Notes under the pieces: generated by a model
What the model was told of the DNA's origin: nothing
The model's input: the letters and a program-made list of their open reading frames with translations, nothing else
The model's database searches: none
Assembly: GCF_009914755.1 (NCBI RefSeq)
Contig: NC_060936.1
Length of the DNA stretch: 64,000 bases
Source: the human T2T-CHM13v2.0 reference genome, Homo sapiens
Reading direction: 5' to 3' (one strand)
Shown: piece by piece, positions 1-14,389 of the stretch
How the letters are laid out: each line of letters begins with the position of its first letter
How positions within the stretch are numbered: position 1 is the stretch's first letter
Position numbers and translations under genes: made by a program

Positions 1-13
1 TGGGAAGAAGTAA

Positions 14-409
<396 letters not shown>

Positions 410-1159
410 TTAAAAAAGAAATATTCGAACAGAGTGTTATAATTGCTGGGGAGCTATTGTGCCACTTTACCCCTGTTTAGGGGAGCCAGTTGAGTGAGCT
501 CATCCATATGACCTGGATGGGGGTGAGCATCATCTCTGGGCTTCTGTATTGTAGGACCAGATGCTTCTCCTTTCTGCTTTTCCTTCATGGAAACATAGCT
601 TATCTTTGACATAGCTTATTCTTTCTACATGACTTCTCCTCTAATCAGTCACTACTTTGAGAAAAATTATATTCCCATACTATGTAATTCCAATTCTTGA
701 GCTTTTTATCTTTCCGTATTACTAAGGTTTTTTATTTTTACTGATATAGCTGTAGGTCATAACATCCCTACCTCCAAACCCTATTTTTGTTATCCTACTT
801 TAAGTTTTTATTTATTTATTTTTACTTTGGACATTGCAATAATCTTGTCTGTATTCTCTGCTACCAGTCCTAAATCAAATGTTATATATATTTCCATAAG
901 TTATGGAATGAATGGTGAAATTAAGACAGGCAGATACTCTCAGATATAAGAATCAGACCTACTACTAACTAACACAAGTGAGAGCTAGGCTCTTTGTCAC
1001 AGAAAAAGTGGTACAAAGGCTTTTCCTCCTGATAAATACCAACTTCAGAAGGGAAGGGATTTAGTAACTCCACTGCAAGATAACTTTTCCATATATAGTG
1101 TTATATATGTTCATAAAATCATGTTCCTTTTCTACTTAAAAACCTCTGATTATTCTATA

Positions 1160-1328
1160 GGCCAGAAGTTCCTAAGTTATAGTCACTGAACCAGCAGCAT
1201 CAACATTGTTGGTAAATGTTTAGTAATGTAAATTCTCAGACACCACCCTAGACAAAGTGAATCAGAAATCTGTACTTTAGGAAACCTGCCAGTGATTTTG
1301 AGACACTTTTTGAGAACTACTGCTGTAG
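1160..1328. mobile_element. MER5-like hAT-Charlie DNA transposon relic
   Basis: 'accagcagcatcaacat...aaattctcag...gaatcagaaatctg...tttgagaactactgc' resembles the MER5A/B consensus as I recall it. Confidence 0.65.
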
Positions 1329-1789
1329 GTAGCAAGACAAAGCCTGTACTCCTTACCAGGCATGGAGGACCTTTGATAAGCTTTACCTCCACAGCCACTG
1401 CTTATGCTATATCTTCATTGCTCTCCTACCCCAACTGTTACCGTTCTAAGCTTCTTATCATTCTCAGAACATGACATGACGTATACTTCCCTGCCCCATG
1501 CTTTGCTAAGCTGTTCTGATTTAATCAAGAGTGTTTTTTCTTACCCACCTGCTTGGGAAATTCCCACAGAAGCAAGAAGCAGCAAGGTAGAGGGGAAAGA
1601 GTGTGAACAGCCTTGAGTTAAAATCTGTCGACTGTGGTGTTCAGATGTGTCCACTTTTGCTTGGCTTTTCTTATCTGAAAATGGGGCTAATGATACGTTA
1701 GCATTATTATCAAGACCGAAAACAAAATGTTCTGTATAAAGCACCTATCTTTCTATCAACTAGAGTTCAGTACTGTAATTTTTTTTTAG

Positions 1790-1955
1790 GTGAAATTCAC
1801 ATAACATAAAATTTACCATTTTAAAGTGTATGACTCAGTGACATTCAGTACATTCATGATGTTGAGCAACCATCACCTCTATCTATTTCCAAAATATATC
1901 AACACTTCCAGAGGAGACTCTGTACCCAGTCACTTTCTATTCCCTCTCCTCTCCT
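1790..1955 (-). mobile_element. Old L1 (L1M) 3' fragment
   Basis: 'tgaaattcacataacataaaatttaccattttaaagtgta...caaccatcacc' is typical of an antisense L1MB/ME 3' end. Confidence 0.7.
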
Positions 1956-1961
1956 CAATGG

Positions 1962-2280
<319 letters not shown>

Positions 2281-3429
2281 TCTCGATGTTACTTTACATT
2301 TTATTTTCACATGATACAGATTCTGGAGATGAATATTCTCATATTCATCTTTTATTTTTTGAAGATATATAGTACTTGCCACCTAGTATGTGTACAGTTC
2401 TAGCTTAATTATGGTAAATTAAAATGTGCTGAAGATCTAAATCAGACCACAAAATGTGATTAATTTTTGCCAAAGGAAATTAATACATGTTGTCCAGGCG
2501 TTCCTCTGAGATTTCTTAAAGTGTGCTATATTTTTATGTTTACTTTGTAAGGGCACCTTTTGATAGAATGAATACACACATATGCACGTAACCACTGCAG
2601 GGTTTAATTACACGATGATAGTATGGCTAATTATTCAGAATTGTTTCCACAGTATCCTCACTACCTAGCTATTTACACAAAGCTAACTGTTGCTGATGCA
2701 AGGGATAGAACATTATTTCCTTTTTTAGTACCTTTTGGTTCTTGGGTTCTTAAGATCTCAAAATAATATTTAACATTTTTAAAGGACTTAATACTTTTCG
2801 TCGTGCTTTCATTTACATGTCCCATTTCATCTTTTTCTCAGGATAAGAAAGCAAAATCAATTGACCCAGTCTTTTTTCTTTTTTTTTTTTTCAAAATTAG
2901 AATATATCTTCAGTTCTAAATGTAGGGACAGATTTACTTTGAAAATAGTAAGTTCTAAGAAACATTATTTAATTAATGTTCATTGAGTTTTCCAATGACA
3001 AGATGCAAATGTAATATTTCCCTAATATTTTATATGTAGAAGAACATGCTTTCATTATAAATGACTAAATTAGTGTTACTCTGTCAAATGACACGATTTA
3101 ATTTTAAAAGTATTAGCTGTAATAAAAAATTAACAGCATGAGGAGTTGAAGAATTTTTAAAAACGCCTTCTTCCCGTGCTGTTAGAAATGACTTAGGAGC
3201 TATATGGTATGGGGGTGGGAAGGGGAGTTTTCAAGTTGGAACACTGCAGCTCATTAGCATCTTTCAAACCCTAATGCTGTTTTGTTTCAGTTAGATTTAT
3301 TACACTGTCTTCTTCCCCAATTCACTGCAGCGTGTAAAGGCTCAGTTGGAACAAACAAAAGAGATATATAACCTCTGAACCAATTAGCATAGCTTACAAT
3401 GTTCTTAATAGGCTTATCTACTGTATATG

Positions 3430-3830
3430 CGACTTGGGAAAATGACTCAACTTTTATGCTTTCTTGATCCCTAGGGACGTTTTTCAATATCAACTGCTTT
3501 GTGCCCCCAGTATGTGATTTTCAGCTTTCTGATAGAAACCCTTCTTTACAATTTGATGGCTCCAGGGTGCTTCAGTCACTCACTTGTGACTGTTCACTTA
3601 TTTGCCCAGGCTCTGTTGATGCGTGAGAAGAGGGCACATGTGACTTGGTCCCGGGACAGCCTGCTGGCCTCAGCTGGCATGTGGGACAGGGCGCAGGCCC
3701 GCAATTTGTTCAGCTAGTGTTGACTCCTGGGGCGCCCTCCTCTCTCACTCCTCCCCTCATCCTTTGTCCTTCCTCTTTTTACTGCTTGTCATTGGAATCT
3801 GGTTCGTCTTTTGTTCTTGAAAGGTATAAA
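3430..3830. promoter_or_regulatory. Candidate enhancer or alternative promoter
   Basis: Locally GC/CpG-richer, apparently unique sequence with TGACTCA (3443-3449), CACATGTGAC (3635-3644) and CAGCTG (3671-3676). Confidence 0.4.
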
Positions 3831-4370
3831 TGATGCACGTTTCCCCTCTTCCCCATCTACCAACTCACACAGAAAAAAAGGGCCTGTGTTGGGGGGAAAC
3901 ACAAATTGAGGTATATTGTTAGTGACATTTCATAGAGCAGGCCAAGCTCTGCCTTGCATATTTATAGAATTTTGATTCCACAAACAAGTGAAGGACTCTA
4001 AATCTTATGAATTTTGCTGGTTGTGTGTGTGTTTTATTTTTTAACAGCATCTATGGTTCTATTTTGTGTTAGGTCAAATGAGGTATTTGCATTACCACCT
4101 CTTATAAAGGCTTCTATTATAAGCACATTAAAATGGTCATTACTCCAATTACCATAATCAATGATTTTCCAATTTGAGAAGGTGAATTTAACCACATCTT
4201 GAAAGTATATTTATTAAGGGAATAGAGTGTGAACCCGGAGAGACATGCCTTAGCTATTGACTGTTTGACTTTGGGAATGTTATCTAACTGATGTAAGTCG
4301 CAGTTTTGCCATTTGCAGAGAAGAAGTAGTTAGTTATCATGGGATCCTTGTGGATATTTATATAAAGCTA

Positions 4371-4907
<537 letters not shown>

Positions 4908-5005
4908 TCAGTCATATGTTGATATCATGGTCCTGTATTTAACCTAGTATTTGTGTCTGAAGGGTAGAGATAGGTTTGCCTTAAAAGAACATTGGTTTCC
5001 ACAGG

Positions 5006-5421
5006 TGCTATGGTTTGTTCACATCCCCTCCAAAATTCCGGTGTTAACAATATGATGTCAACTAGTATGATGACAATATGGTACTAAGAGATGGGCCCCT
5101 TAAGAGGTAATTAGGCCATGAAAGTTCTTCCCTGGTAAATTGGGATTATGACCCTTAGAAAAAAAAAGGCTTCAAGAGCACTCAACTAGCTTGCCCTTCT
5201 GCCTTCCACCATGTGGAGACACGATGTTTCTCCCTTTCTGGGGATGCAGCAACAAGGCGTCATCTTGGAGGCAGAGAGCAGCCCTCACCAGACAACCACA
5301 CCTGCCGGGACCTTGATCTTGGACTTCCTAGCTTGCAGAAGTGTGAGAAAATAAATTTTTCTGTAAGTTATCCAGTCAGTCTCCAGTGTTTTGTTATAGA
5401 AGGACAAAGCAAACTAAGATA
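5006..5421 (+). mobile_element. MaLR solo LTR (MST/MLT1A-like)
   Basis: TGCTATGGTTTG start, 'accttgatcttggacttcc', AATAAA, end 'aactaagata'; 5-bp TSD acagg/acagt. Confidence 0.85.
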
Positions 5422-6254
5422 ACAGTGGAGAACATGATTAAGTGATTTCCACTGCTTTGCTTTTATATGTTGTAGATTGAGGTTTATGAGTTATCAGCTA
5501 TTTTGGCTTTTCAGAGGTAATAAGATGGGTTACAATACCAGAACACCAGAAACTTAGAACAGGGCCAGCCACATAGATGGCACTCAGTGTGTGTATCTGA
5601 AGTGAGTATGAGCGGCCTCCCATGGGCCTTTTGAGTTGCTGGATTTTAAAAAGATTGGGGTTGAGGTGGGTGTGGAGTTTTGGGAGGAGACTATTTGTAG
5701 CCGGGACGACCTGGCTGAATTCATTGCAGTCCTGTATTTCAGTGAAAGCATTGAGAACTAGTGAGGGAAGAACATAGAGCTGGTTACTAAGGTATCTTGA
5801 AACAAGGCCGAAGAATGATTTTTATTTGCTATAAAAATTAGTTCTGTAATAGACTGATACCCCAGCTGAAGGCTCTCATGGTAAATTGAGCCCTTTGGCT
5901 TCTTGTTTTAGTAGTGAAAAATTTCAAGAAAAGCTAGTGGCATTTACTCCAAAACAAATGAGTAATTATTTACAGTCTTTTACATGCATTTTAACTTACA
6001 CAACAGCCTCCTTTACATTTTGGTGAAAATAATAAAAATAACTTTAGCCTATTCCAGCAGTTTAATGTAAGTAGTTGGTCTAAGAATAACTTTGTTATGG
6101 TGGTAAGCTTAGGGGAAAAGTATATATATTGCATAACATATTTAATAAAGTTGTTCTAAGTGACAGCCTCCTCCTCAGCAGCCTCTTTGGCTGAACTGTG
6201 GTTGAAACTTCTGCCCGAGCCTGTTTCTTCTCAGGCTGGTTCTATTAAGCAGAG

Positions 6255-6450
6255 TGGTCTAAAGACCAAGAGCAGGGTGTATTGGGAGTCTGACTGGGAT
6301 GTAAGTGCAGTTCTACAACTTACCAGCTACTGGTTATAACCTTGGTCAGGTCACTCAACCCCTCTAAGCCTCAGTTTCCCCAGCTTTAAAATGGGGATAT
6401 AAAAGTTCCTACTTCATATTTTTGTGAAGTTTTATTGACTTCATCTCATG
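6255..6450 (+). mobile_element. MIR SINE
   Basis: MIR core 'accttggtcaggtcactcaacccctctaagcctcagtttcccc...aaaatgggga'. Confidence 0.8.
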
Positions 6451-7445
6451 AATAGATATAATCAGCTCAAAATAAAAGTTGGCTATAATAACAATTATTT
6501 AAGATATGTTTGTATAATATAAGACTAAATGTTGGTTCCTGCTGTGATTTATGTCAGAGGATCTGAAGTTTTTAGTTGCCTTTCCGATGCAGACTGTATT
6601 GTTCATACTTTACATTGTTCGTAGTATCATTATCTTCCCTGCCTTGCTTTCTGCAACACTGATTGCCATTTTAAAAAACATAATGGGTGTTCCACAAGTG
6701 ATCTTGAAATTTTTATTTATACCACTGGAAAATGATTTGAAATATTTCCCATATAGCCTAGGTGTTACTGTTGTGAAGCAGTGTGTTGCTAATTACAATT
6801 TTAATAAAACGTGTGGGAGGCTGTCTTCACATTAATTGTTTTATTCACCAAGACAATTGTTACACTTCTGTAGCATAATGAATTGGACAATCACTGTTAT
6901 GTACTTCAGAGAAATAGACTTCCTTGTTGCTAAAGTGAATAGGCTGGTTGAATTTTACAGAGAAATGACCATGTAGCAGCACCTCTGGTACGGTCTCCTG
7001 ATACATGGTGTTTTAGGAAGCACTGTGTTCTTCAAGTATCACAACATATGTTGGTTGCCGTGTATAAAAAGGTCTAGGCAGACAAAAATGAGTCACCTCA
7101 AAAGCGTATAAAAAAATCTCAGTATCTCTATTTTCTGAATTCTGAATTAGATGTTAAATCAATTTTAAAGATAATAGGCGCTGGTTTATCAAGCTTTGAA
7201 TTATCTGACAGTGGTTTTCTGGCTTACTCATATATTCAGTGCATGTTTTTGAAGGATTTTAGGTAGACAGAACCAGGACAGTATTAAGTCATTTTAGGCT
7301 CATGTGGGAAGATTAGATCATACAATTTATATAAAATACTCTAAATCTTATAATTCCTAGGTACCATGAATGGCTCTAAAATTGTTTACAGAGCAGGTAT
7401 TGTTCTGCTTTTTTAGAGTAGTAATTTTTAATATAACCACCCTAA

Positions 7446-8353
<908 letters not shown>

Positions 8354-8974
8354 TTAGAGAAGTTGTGACTAATGAACAGCCAGAGGTAAATGAAAATATA
8401 CATCTGAAACAAATCCAATGATGATACTTGCAGGAAAAATTTTGCTTTCAAGAGAAGTAACCTCTAGCTGATTCACTCTAAAAAGTCCATATTGCATTTA
8501 TAACTCCAGCAAAAGATACCATTCTTTACCTTTACAACAGAAAGTTCCTCCGTCTGCCAGTCTGTACATCAGTCTGATATTCTTGCTATAAAATATTTTC
8601 ATGTGAGAATTACTACCAGGGAATTATCTGTAGCAGCTACCTATAACTTTATGTAGAATTCTTATGCTCATGATAGCACTGATTTTAAAAATATATTCAG
8701 TGTTGAAAAATGTACTCAGTCCTGCAGACCAGAGATTAGATTGTTACGGACTGAGGGTTTAATGACCTGCCCTGATGGAGAATCACTTGACTCTCTTGGT
8801 TCCAGCCTCCATGTTGCAGGAAGAGAGATTGTGCCCCGTTGTTTTCCAGAAGTAAGAAGTGAGCTTCGCATATTAAGGAGCATTTCCTAGGGATTACGTG
8901 GAAAGGTAGAAAAGAAAGATGCCCTTTCTCTCACTACTGTAAGTCACATATCTCTGAGATTTTCAGATAGGGGG

Positions 8975-9306
8975 TACGAGTTTCCCAGGACTACTGTAGC
9001 AAAGTACCACAGACTGGGAGGTGGAAATAGTAGACATTTCTTCTTCAAGTTCTGGAGGCTAGACATCTGAGATAGTGTCTGCAGGGTTGGTTTCTTCTGA
9101 GAGCTGTGGGATTAGTTCTGTGTGTCTCCCTTTCTCAGCTTCTGGTGGTTTGCTGGCCATCTCTGGCATTCCTTGCCTTATACTCCAATCTCAGCCTTCA
9201 TCTTCACATAGTATTCTCTCTGCATGTGTGTCTGTGTCCACATTTCCCCTTTTTATAAGGACACCTCAACATATCTTTTTGAGGGGACACAATTTAACCT
9301 ACAACA
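8975..9306 (-). mobile_element. MLT1 (MLT1B/C-like) MaLR LTR, internally deleted
   Basis: 'aaagtaccacagactgg...gttctggaggctag...tttataaggacacc...tcaacatatcttttt...gacacaatt'. Confidence 0.8.
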
Positions 9307-9549
9307 GAGGTCTTGCCGATGAATCCCTCAGAGTTGCTTACTGTAGTTGTGGTGTTCTTACCGGCAAGGAACATCAAGTTTCATGGCAAAGCTTTCACCA
9401 TCACATGTGCCAGCAGGTGTTGTTTCTTTGTCCAGGATCCTAATCCCAGTCAATTTCTCTGGCCTTTTGCAAGACTACATCAGATTACATAGTATAATAA
9501 AAAAAAAGTAAAGAGATATAAACTAGTTTAATGTGTGTTTGTAGGTATG

Positions 9550-9765
9550 AAGCAGAGAGGTTTAGAATTTAAGCTCTAGAATCTAACCTGGTTTCAAATC
9601 ATGGCTTTCCTATCCCTGTGACCTGGGCAAGGCACGTACACTCTGTCAACTGAAGGTAATAATAGTGTCTCTCTCACAGAGGATTGCTTGCAGAATAAAT
9701 GAGATATTACTCTTAAAACCTTAACTGTAGTGCCTGGCCTAGAGTGTGAGCATATGAAATGACAG
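9550..9765 (+). mobile_element. MIR SINE
   Basis: 'tgtgacctgggcaag...taaatgagat...agtgcctggc'. Confidence 0.65.
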
Positions 9766-10667
9766 CCAACAAGAAGGCAAACAAAAAGGTCCTGCTGCCT
9801 CTTGCAGATATTGGGAAACAGGCCTATTCCAGGCCTGAGGGAAACATCTGGCTCGTTACCTTGCAGTGTGGCTCACCTCTGTCTGCTACAAGTCCTACGC
9901 TGTCATGATTCCTGCTCTATTCAGCTTGTGTGTCTGGACAGTTGTTCTCAGCACTCAGCACCCAGCTGGACACCAGACTGCTTTCTCCTCTTTCAAGCTG
10001 TTGCATTTATTGTGTTTTCAGAGCAGGACTCATATTTTTCTCATTAAAGCACATTATTGGAGGAAAGGGAGAAAAAGGTAAATGTCAGAATTTGCTTAAG
10101 CTCCTGAAGTAGTAAATGCTATTTAACATCCTCCCACCACCAAAATTTGAGTTTTAGTGTTTCCACACTTAAGAGCTTGGAAATGTATGACTTACTGTCA
10201 TTGATGAGATAATACAAATGACACCTCCACACTTTTTTTGCAGAGAGTAGGGAGACAACAGGGTTTGTCCTTGTCGATTTTTAACTGGTAGAGTCAAATC
10301 CTATAGAAACACATTTTTCCTGTTAGCATTTATTTGGAAATATGAAATGTATTTGTGTGTGGCTTAGAGCTGTCCCTGTTGATTGTACATCATTATTAAA
10401 CAACAAAGAGGGGGTTAAATCAGAAACATACATTGGCATGCTTAGTAAACATGTTAATGGAAGTTCAGGATACTAGCCTATAGTTTTGTAACTTTTATGT
10501 ATTTGTTTCTCAACAGTATTTATTTATAAACCTTTTAAAAAGAAGGCAAGGGTTTTGACAACTTCCAAAATACTTGGCCATCATTTTTAAGGATCTCCTA
10601 TATTCAAACTTATATGATAGGCCCCATGGGAGGATTTCAGGCATGGAGTAAGGATGAGAGAAGCTTC

Positions 10668-12022
10668 TGTGTCCTGAATTGGTGGGTTCTTGGTCTCACT
10701 GACTTCAAGAATGAAGCCGCGGACCCTTGCGGTGAGTGTTACAGTTCTTAAAGGCGGTGTGTCCGGAGTTTGTTCTTTCCTCCCGGTGGGTTTGTGGTCT
10801 CCCTGGCTCAGGAGTGAAACTGCAGATCTTCACCATGAGTGTTACAGTTCATAAAGACAGTGTGGACCCAAAGAGTGAGCAGCAGCAAGATTTATTGCAA
10901 AGAGCGAAAGAACAAAGCTTCCACCGTGTAGAAGGGGACCCAAGCGGGTTGCCACTGCAGGCTTGGGCAGCCTGCTTTTATTCTTTTATCTGGCCCCACC
11001 CACATCCTGCTGATTGGTCCATTTTACAGAGAGCCGATTGGTCTGTTTTACAGAGAGCTGATTGGTCCGTTTTGACAGATTGCTGATTAGTGCGTTTACA
11101 ATCCCTGAGCTAGACATAAAGGTTCTCCAAGTCCCCACCAGATCAGCTAGACACAGAGTGCAGATTGGTGCACCTACAAACCTTGAGCTAGACACAGGGT
11201 GCTGATTGATGCATCTACAAACCTTGAGCTAGACACAGAGTGCCGATTGGTGTATTCACAATCCCTTAGCTAGACATAAAGATCCTCCAAGTCCCCACCA
11301 GATTAGCTAGATACGGAGTGTCGATTGGTGCATTCACAAACCCTGAGCTAGACGCAGGGTGCTGATTGGTGTGTTTACAAACCTTGAGCTAGATACAGAG
11401 TGCTGATTGGTGCATTTACAATCCCTTAGCTAGACATAAAGATTCTCTCAGGTCCCCACCAGACTCAGGAGCCCAGCTGGCTTCACCCAGTGGATCCTGC
11501 ACGGGGGCACAGGTGGAGCTGCCTGCCAGTCCCACGCCGTGCGCCCACACACTCCTCAGCCCTTGGGTGGTCGATGGAACTGGGCGCCATGGAGCAGGGG
11601 GTGGCGTTCGTGGGGGAGGCTCTGGCAGGGGGAAGGCTCACGCATGGTAGGCTGCAGGTCCCGAGCCCTGCCCCGTGGGGAGGCAGCTAAGGCCCCGTGA
11701 GAAATCAAGAACAGCAGCTGCTGGCTCAGGTCCTAGGCTCCTCACTGCTGGGGGCGGCAGGGCCCGCCGGCAGCTCTGAGTGCAGGCCGCTGAGCCCACG
11801 CCCACCCGTGCGCAGCCCTTGTTCCTGCCAGTGCCTCTCCCTCCACACCTCCCCGCAAGCTGAGGGAGCCGGCTCCGGCTTTGGCCAGCCCGGAAAGGGG
11901 CTCCCACAGTGCAGTGGTGGGCTGAAGGGCTCCTCAAGTGCAACCAGAGTGGGCGCCAAGGCTGAGGAGGTGCTGAGAGTGAGCGAGGACTGGGAGGGCT
12001 GCCAGCACGCTGTCACCTCTCA
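10668..12022 (-). mobile_element. LTR12C-like solo LTR (ERV9/HERV9)
   Basis: Minus strand starts TGAGAGGTGACAGCGTGCTGGCAG and ends ...CCAATTCAGGACACA; perfect 4-bp TSD cttc (10664-10667 / 12023-12026); about 40-bp tandem units carrying CCAAT; GC-rich U3. Confidence 0.95.
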
Positions 12023-12029
12023 CTTCTAC

Positions 12030-12785
12030 TGTAATAAGGGACATCAGGCAATTGGGTAAAGACATTTGCAGGAATAGAACTGATTTCTAATTCGATAATT
12101 CAAGAAAACTTTTTTAGTTTTCCTCCTTGAAAGATAAAATTGATTTTGACAAAATAGGGTAAAGGAGAAAGAATTCCAAGGAAAAGGCATGAGATATAGA
12201 AAAGTGAATTGCTGGTTTGAAGAATTAAGTATAGGGATAATGTTGGAAAGACAGGAAAAGAACTGGTTGTAGAAGGTTGATGATAGCACGCTAAGGGGTT
12301 TAGACTTTGTGGTAGAAAATTAGGAGTAACTCCTTTGAACAGGCTCTGCAGAAGAAAAGGCTAGTCTGGTAGCATAGGATACTTAGAGATGCTCCGGCGA
12401 TGGAGACACATTCAAGGAGCTTCTGTAGTATTCCTGGTTTGTAGTCATGAGGGCTTGAATGTTATTAATGAAAGTCGGAATGTAGAGAGAATGACAAGAT
12501 GTGTGACATATTGTAAAAGTGTTATCAACAGGACTTAATGCATGTTAGAATATGAGAAGGAATCAAAGATGACTCCCATGTTTTGATCCAGGGTGTCTAG
12601 GAACACTGAGTGGCAAATGTAAAGAATACAAGAGGATGTTAAATTTTGGCTATGTCATCCTTAAGTGGCCAGTATGATATTGTATCCAGATGAATGCCTC
12701 ACAAGGCAGTTGGAAATGTGAAAGACTTGGTGAGAGGAACAAATATTGGACTCATTCTCATTGACAAGACATTAAGACAGCTGAG
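12030..12785. mobile_element. L2 LINE relic, continuing after the MER50-like LTR
   Basis: Purine-rich degenerate L2-like motifs ('aaggaatcaaagatgactccc', 'tttagacttt', 'gcagttggaaatgtg'). Confidence 0.55.
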
Positions 12786-12787
12786 TT

Positions 12788-13533
12788 TGTTACAGTAGGT
12801 AGCTAGCCAGGCAGGAGCTGGGCTAGAGGAGGCTCCCCACTCTCCACCCACCAGGAATATCAGGCGATAATCAGGTGATGGTTCAGCAGTTATCACAAGG
12901 CCTCTCTGAAAATGACGGTTGGCTGCCAGCACCAGGGAGAGGCAGTTTCCTGATGGGTCACAGTTGTTACATGAAAGTGATAATTGATCTCAGGTGCCAG
13001 GGAGAGAGGAGTTTCACAGTAGATAAAAACACTTGAAATTGCTAATTGGCAGCTCAGGAATTGGATGAGTAGGCTTGGGCATGCGCATTAAGAGACAAAA
13101 TGGCAAGAGTATCACCTTCCAGAAGCATTTCACTGGAAAAGGGAAAAATGCTTCGGTTGAGCATGCATACACCTCCAGTAAACACACTGTGCATGCTCAC
13201 CTCCCAAATGTTAGCAGGCCACCAGGCATGCAGGCAGCCCACCCCAAGGAAAGGATCACGGTAAAAGGGACGCAAGACACCGGAAGTAATACCAACATAT
13301 AAAACCCCAAATCAAAAGGTCAGACACTGCACTTGACCTCCAGAGTTCCTGCTTGGGTCTCTTCCAAGTGTATGGTCTTTTGGTTCCTGTCCTAAAGCTT
13401 TTTAATAAACTTCCACTCCTACTCTGAAACTTGCCTCGGTGTCTTTTTCTGCCTTGTGCCCTTCAGTGGAATTCTTTCTTCTGAGGAGGCAAGAATTGAG
13501 GTTGCTGCAGACCCCTATGGATTCATCTCCGGC
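12788..13533 (+). mobile_element. MER50-like solo LTR (ERV1)
   Basis: TGTTACAGTAGGTAGCTAG start, TATAAAA near 13298, AATAAA near 13404, end 'gttgctgcagaccc...'; agtt on both flanks. Confidence 0.8.
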
Positions 13534-14389
13534 AGTTTAGATATTTATCACATCCCTAACAAGTTCAGGGACATGAATGCTATTTCAAAGAAAATAGGGT
13601 TAAAAACTTCAGGCTCTGGAGGAAGAACTGGAAAGAAGAGAGTAATGAGCTTCAGAGAGCAGAATGAGAAGTGCAGCCTCACAGAATAGTCCAGGAGAGA
13701 GCATGAAGAAGTCAATGCAGTAGTCAATAGCATGAAATGTTTTTATGAGATTAAGGAGGTTGGTCACCTTTCAGAAAGAGAGGTTTTGGCTAAGAGTTTA
13801 GGGGCCTAGATCAAAGTAAATGGAGTTAAGGCATCTATAAGTGTTCAGAAAGTGGAGACTGCTTTTATTGACTTCCTCTGAAAATTTCTAGAATTTCTTT
13901 GAAAAATCATGGTGTATTATTTCTGTTACCTAGAAACTTTTTCTGAAAGATAAATCTTGGGGCTTTTAATGGAAGAGGTGTTACTTCTTCACTCCTGGAC
14001 TTTTTAAAGCAATGATAATTTTTGTTTTAATAACAAAGGGCGGGCTTTGCAATAGGTGCTTAGCTAAATATTTTTTTTAATTGCTCTTTTGAAGCACCTT
14101 ATCTTTTCATAAATATAAAAGGGCTTTCTACAAAAGCCTCAAGTGCTTATTGACCAACTGATAGCAATTTAAAATTGACATGTCAGTTTTCAGAAGGAGT
14201 AACTTTTTCCGGTATTGAATAGTGCAGTGAGGCTTTGTTGCCCAGAAATTTCAAGTAGCACTCAGTTTTCATAAGAAATCTTGCATTTGAAGAGACTGGA
14301 AGTTGCTTTCCATCACAACCATTAGCATATAACAGGCAGACCTAACTAAGAGTGTACATGGGCCCTACGTAAACACAGTGGATTGCTCC

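Noticed and set aside
11010-11450. Regularly spaced ~40-bp repeats resembling a CRISPR array
   Set aside because: These are the LTR12 U3 tandem enhancer repeats; there are no unique spacers or cas genes, and the DNA is eukaryotic
10736-12059. GC-rich ORFs and a CpG-island-like segment
   Set aside because: They lie almost entirely within the LTR12C-like element; not a host promoter or CDS
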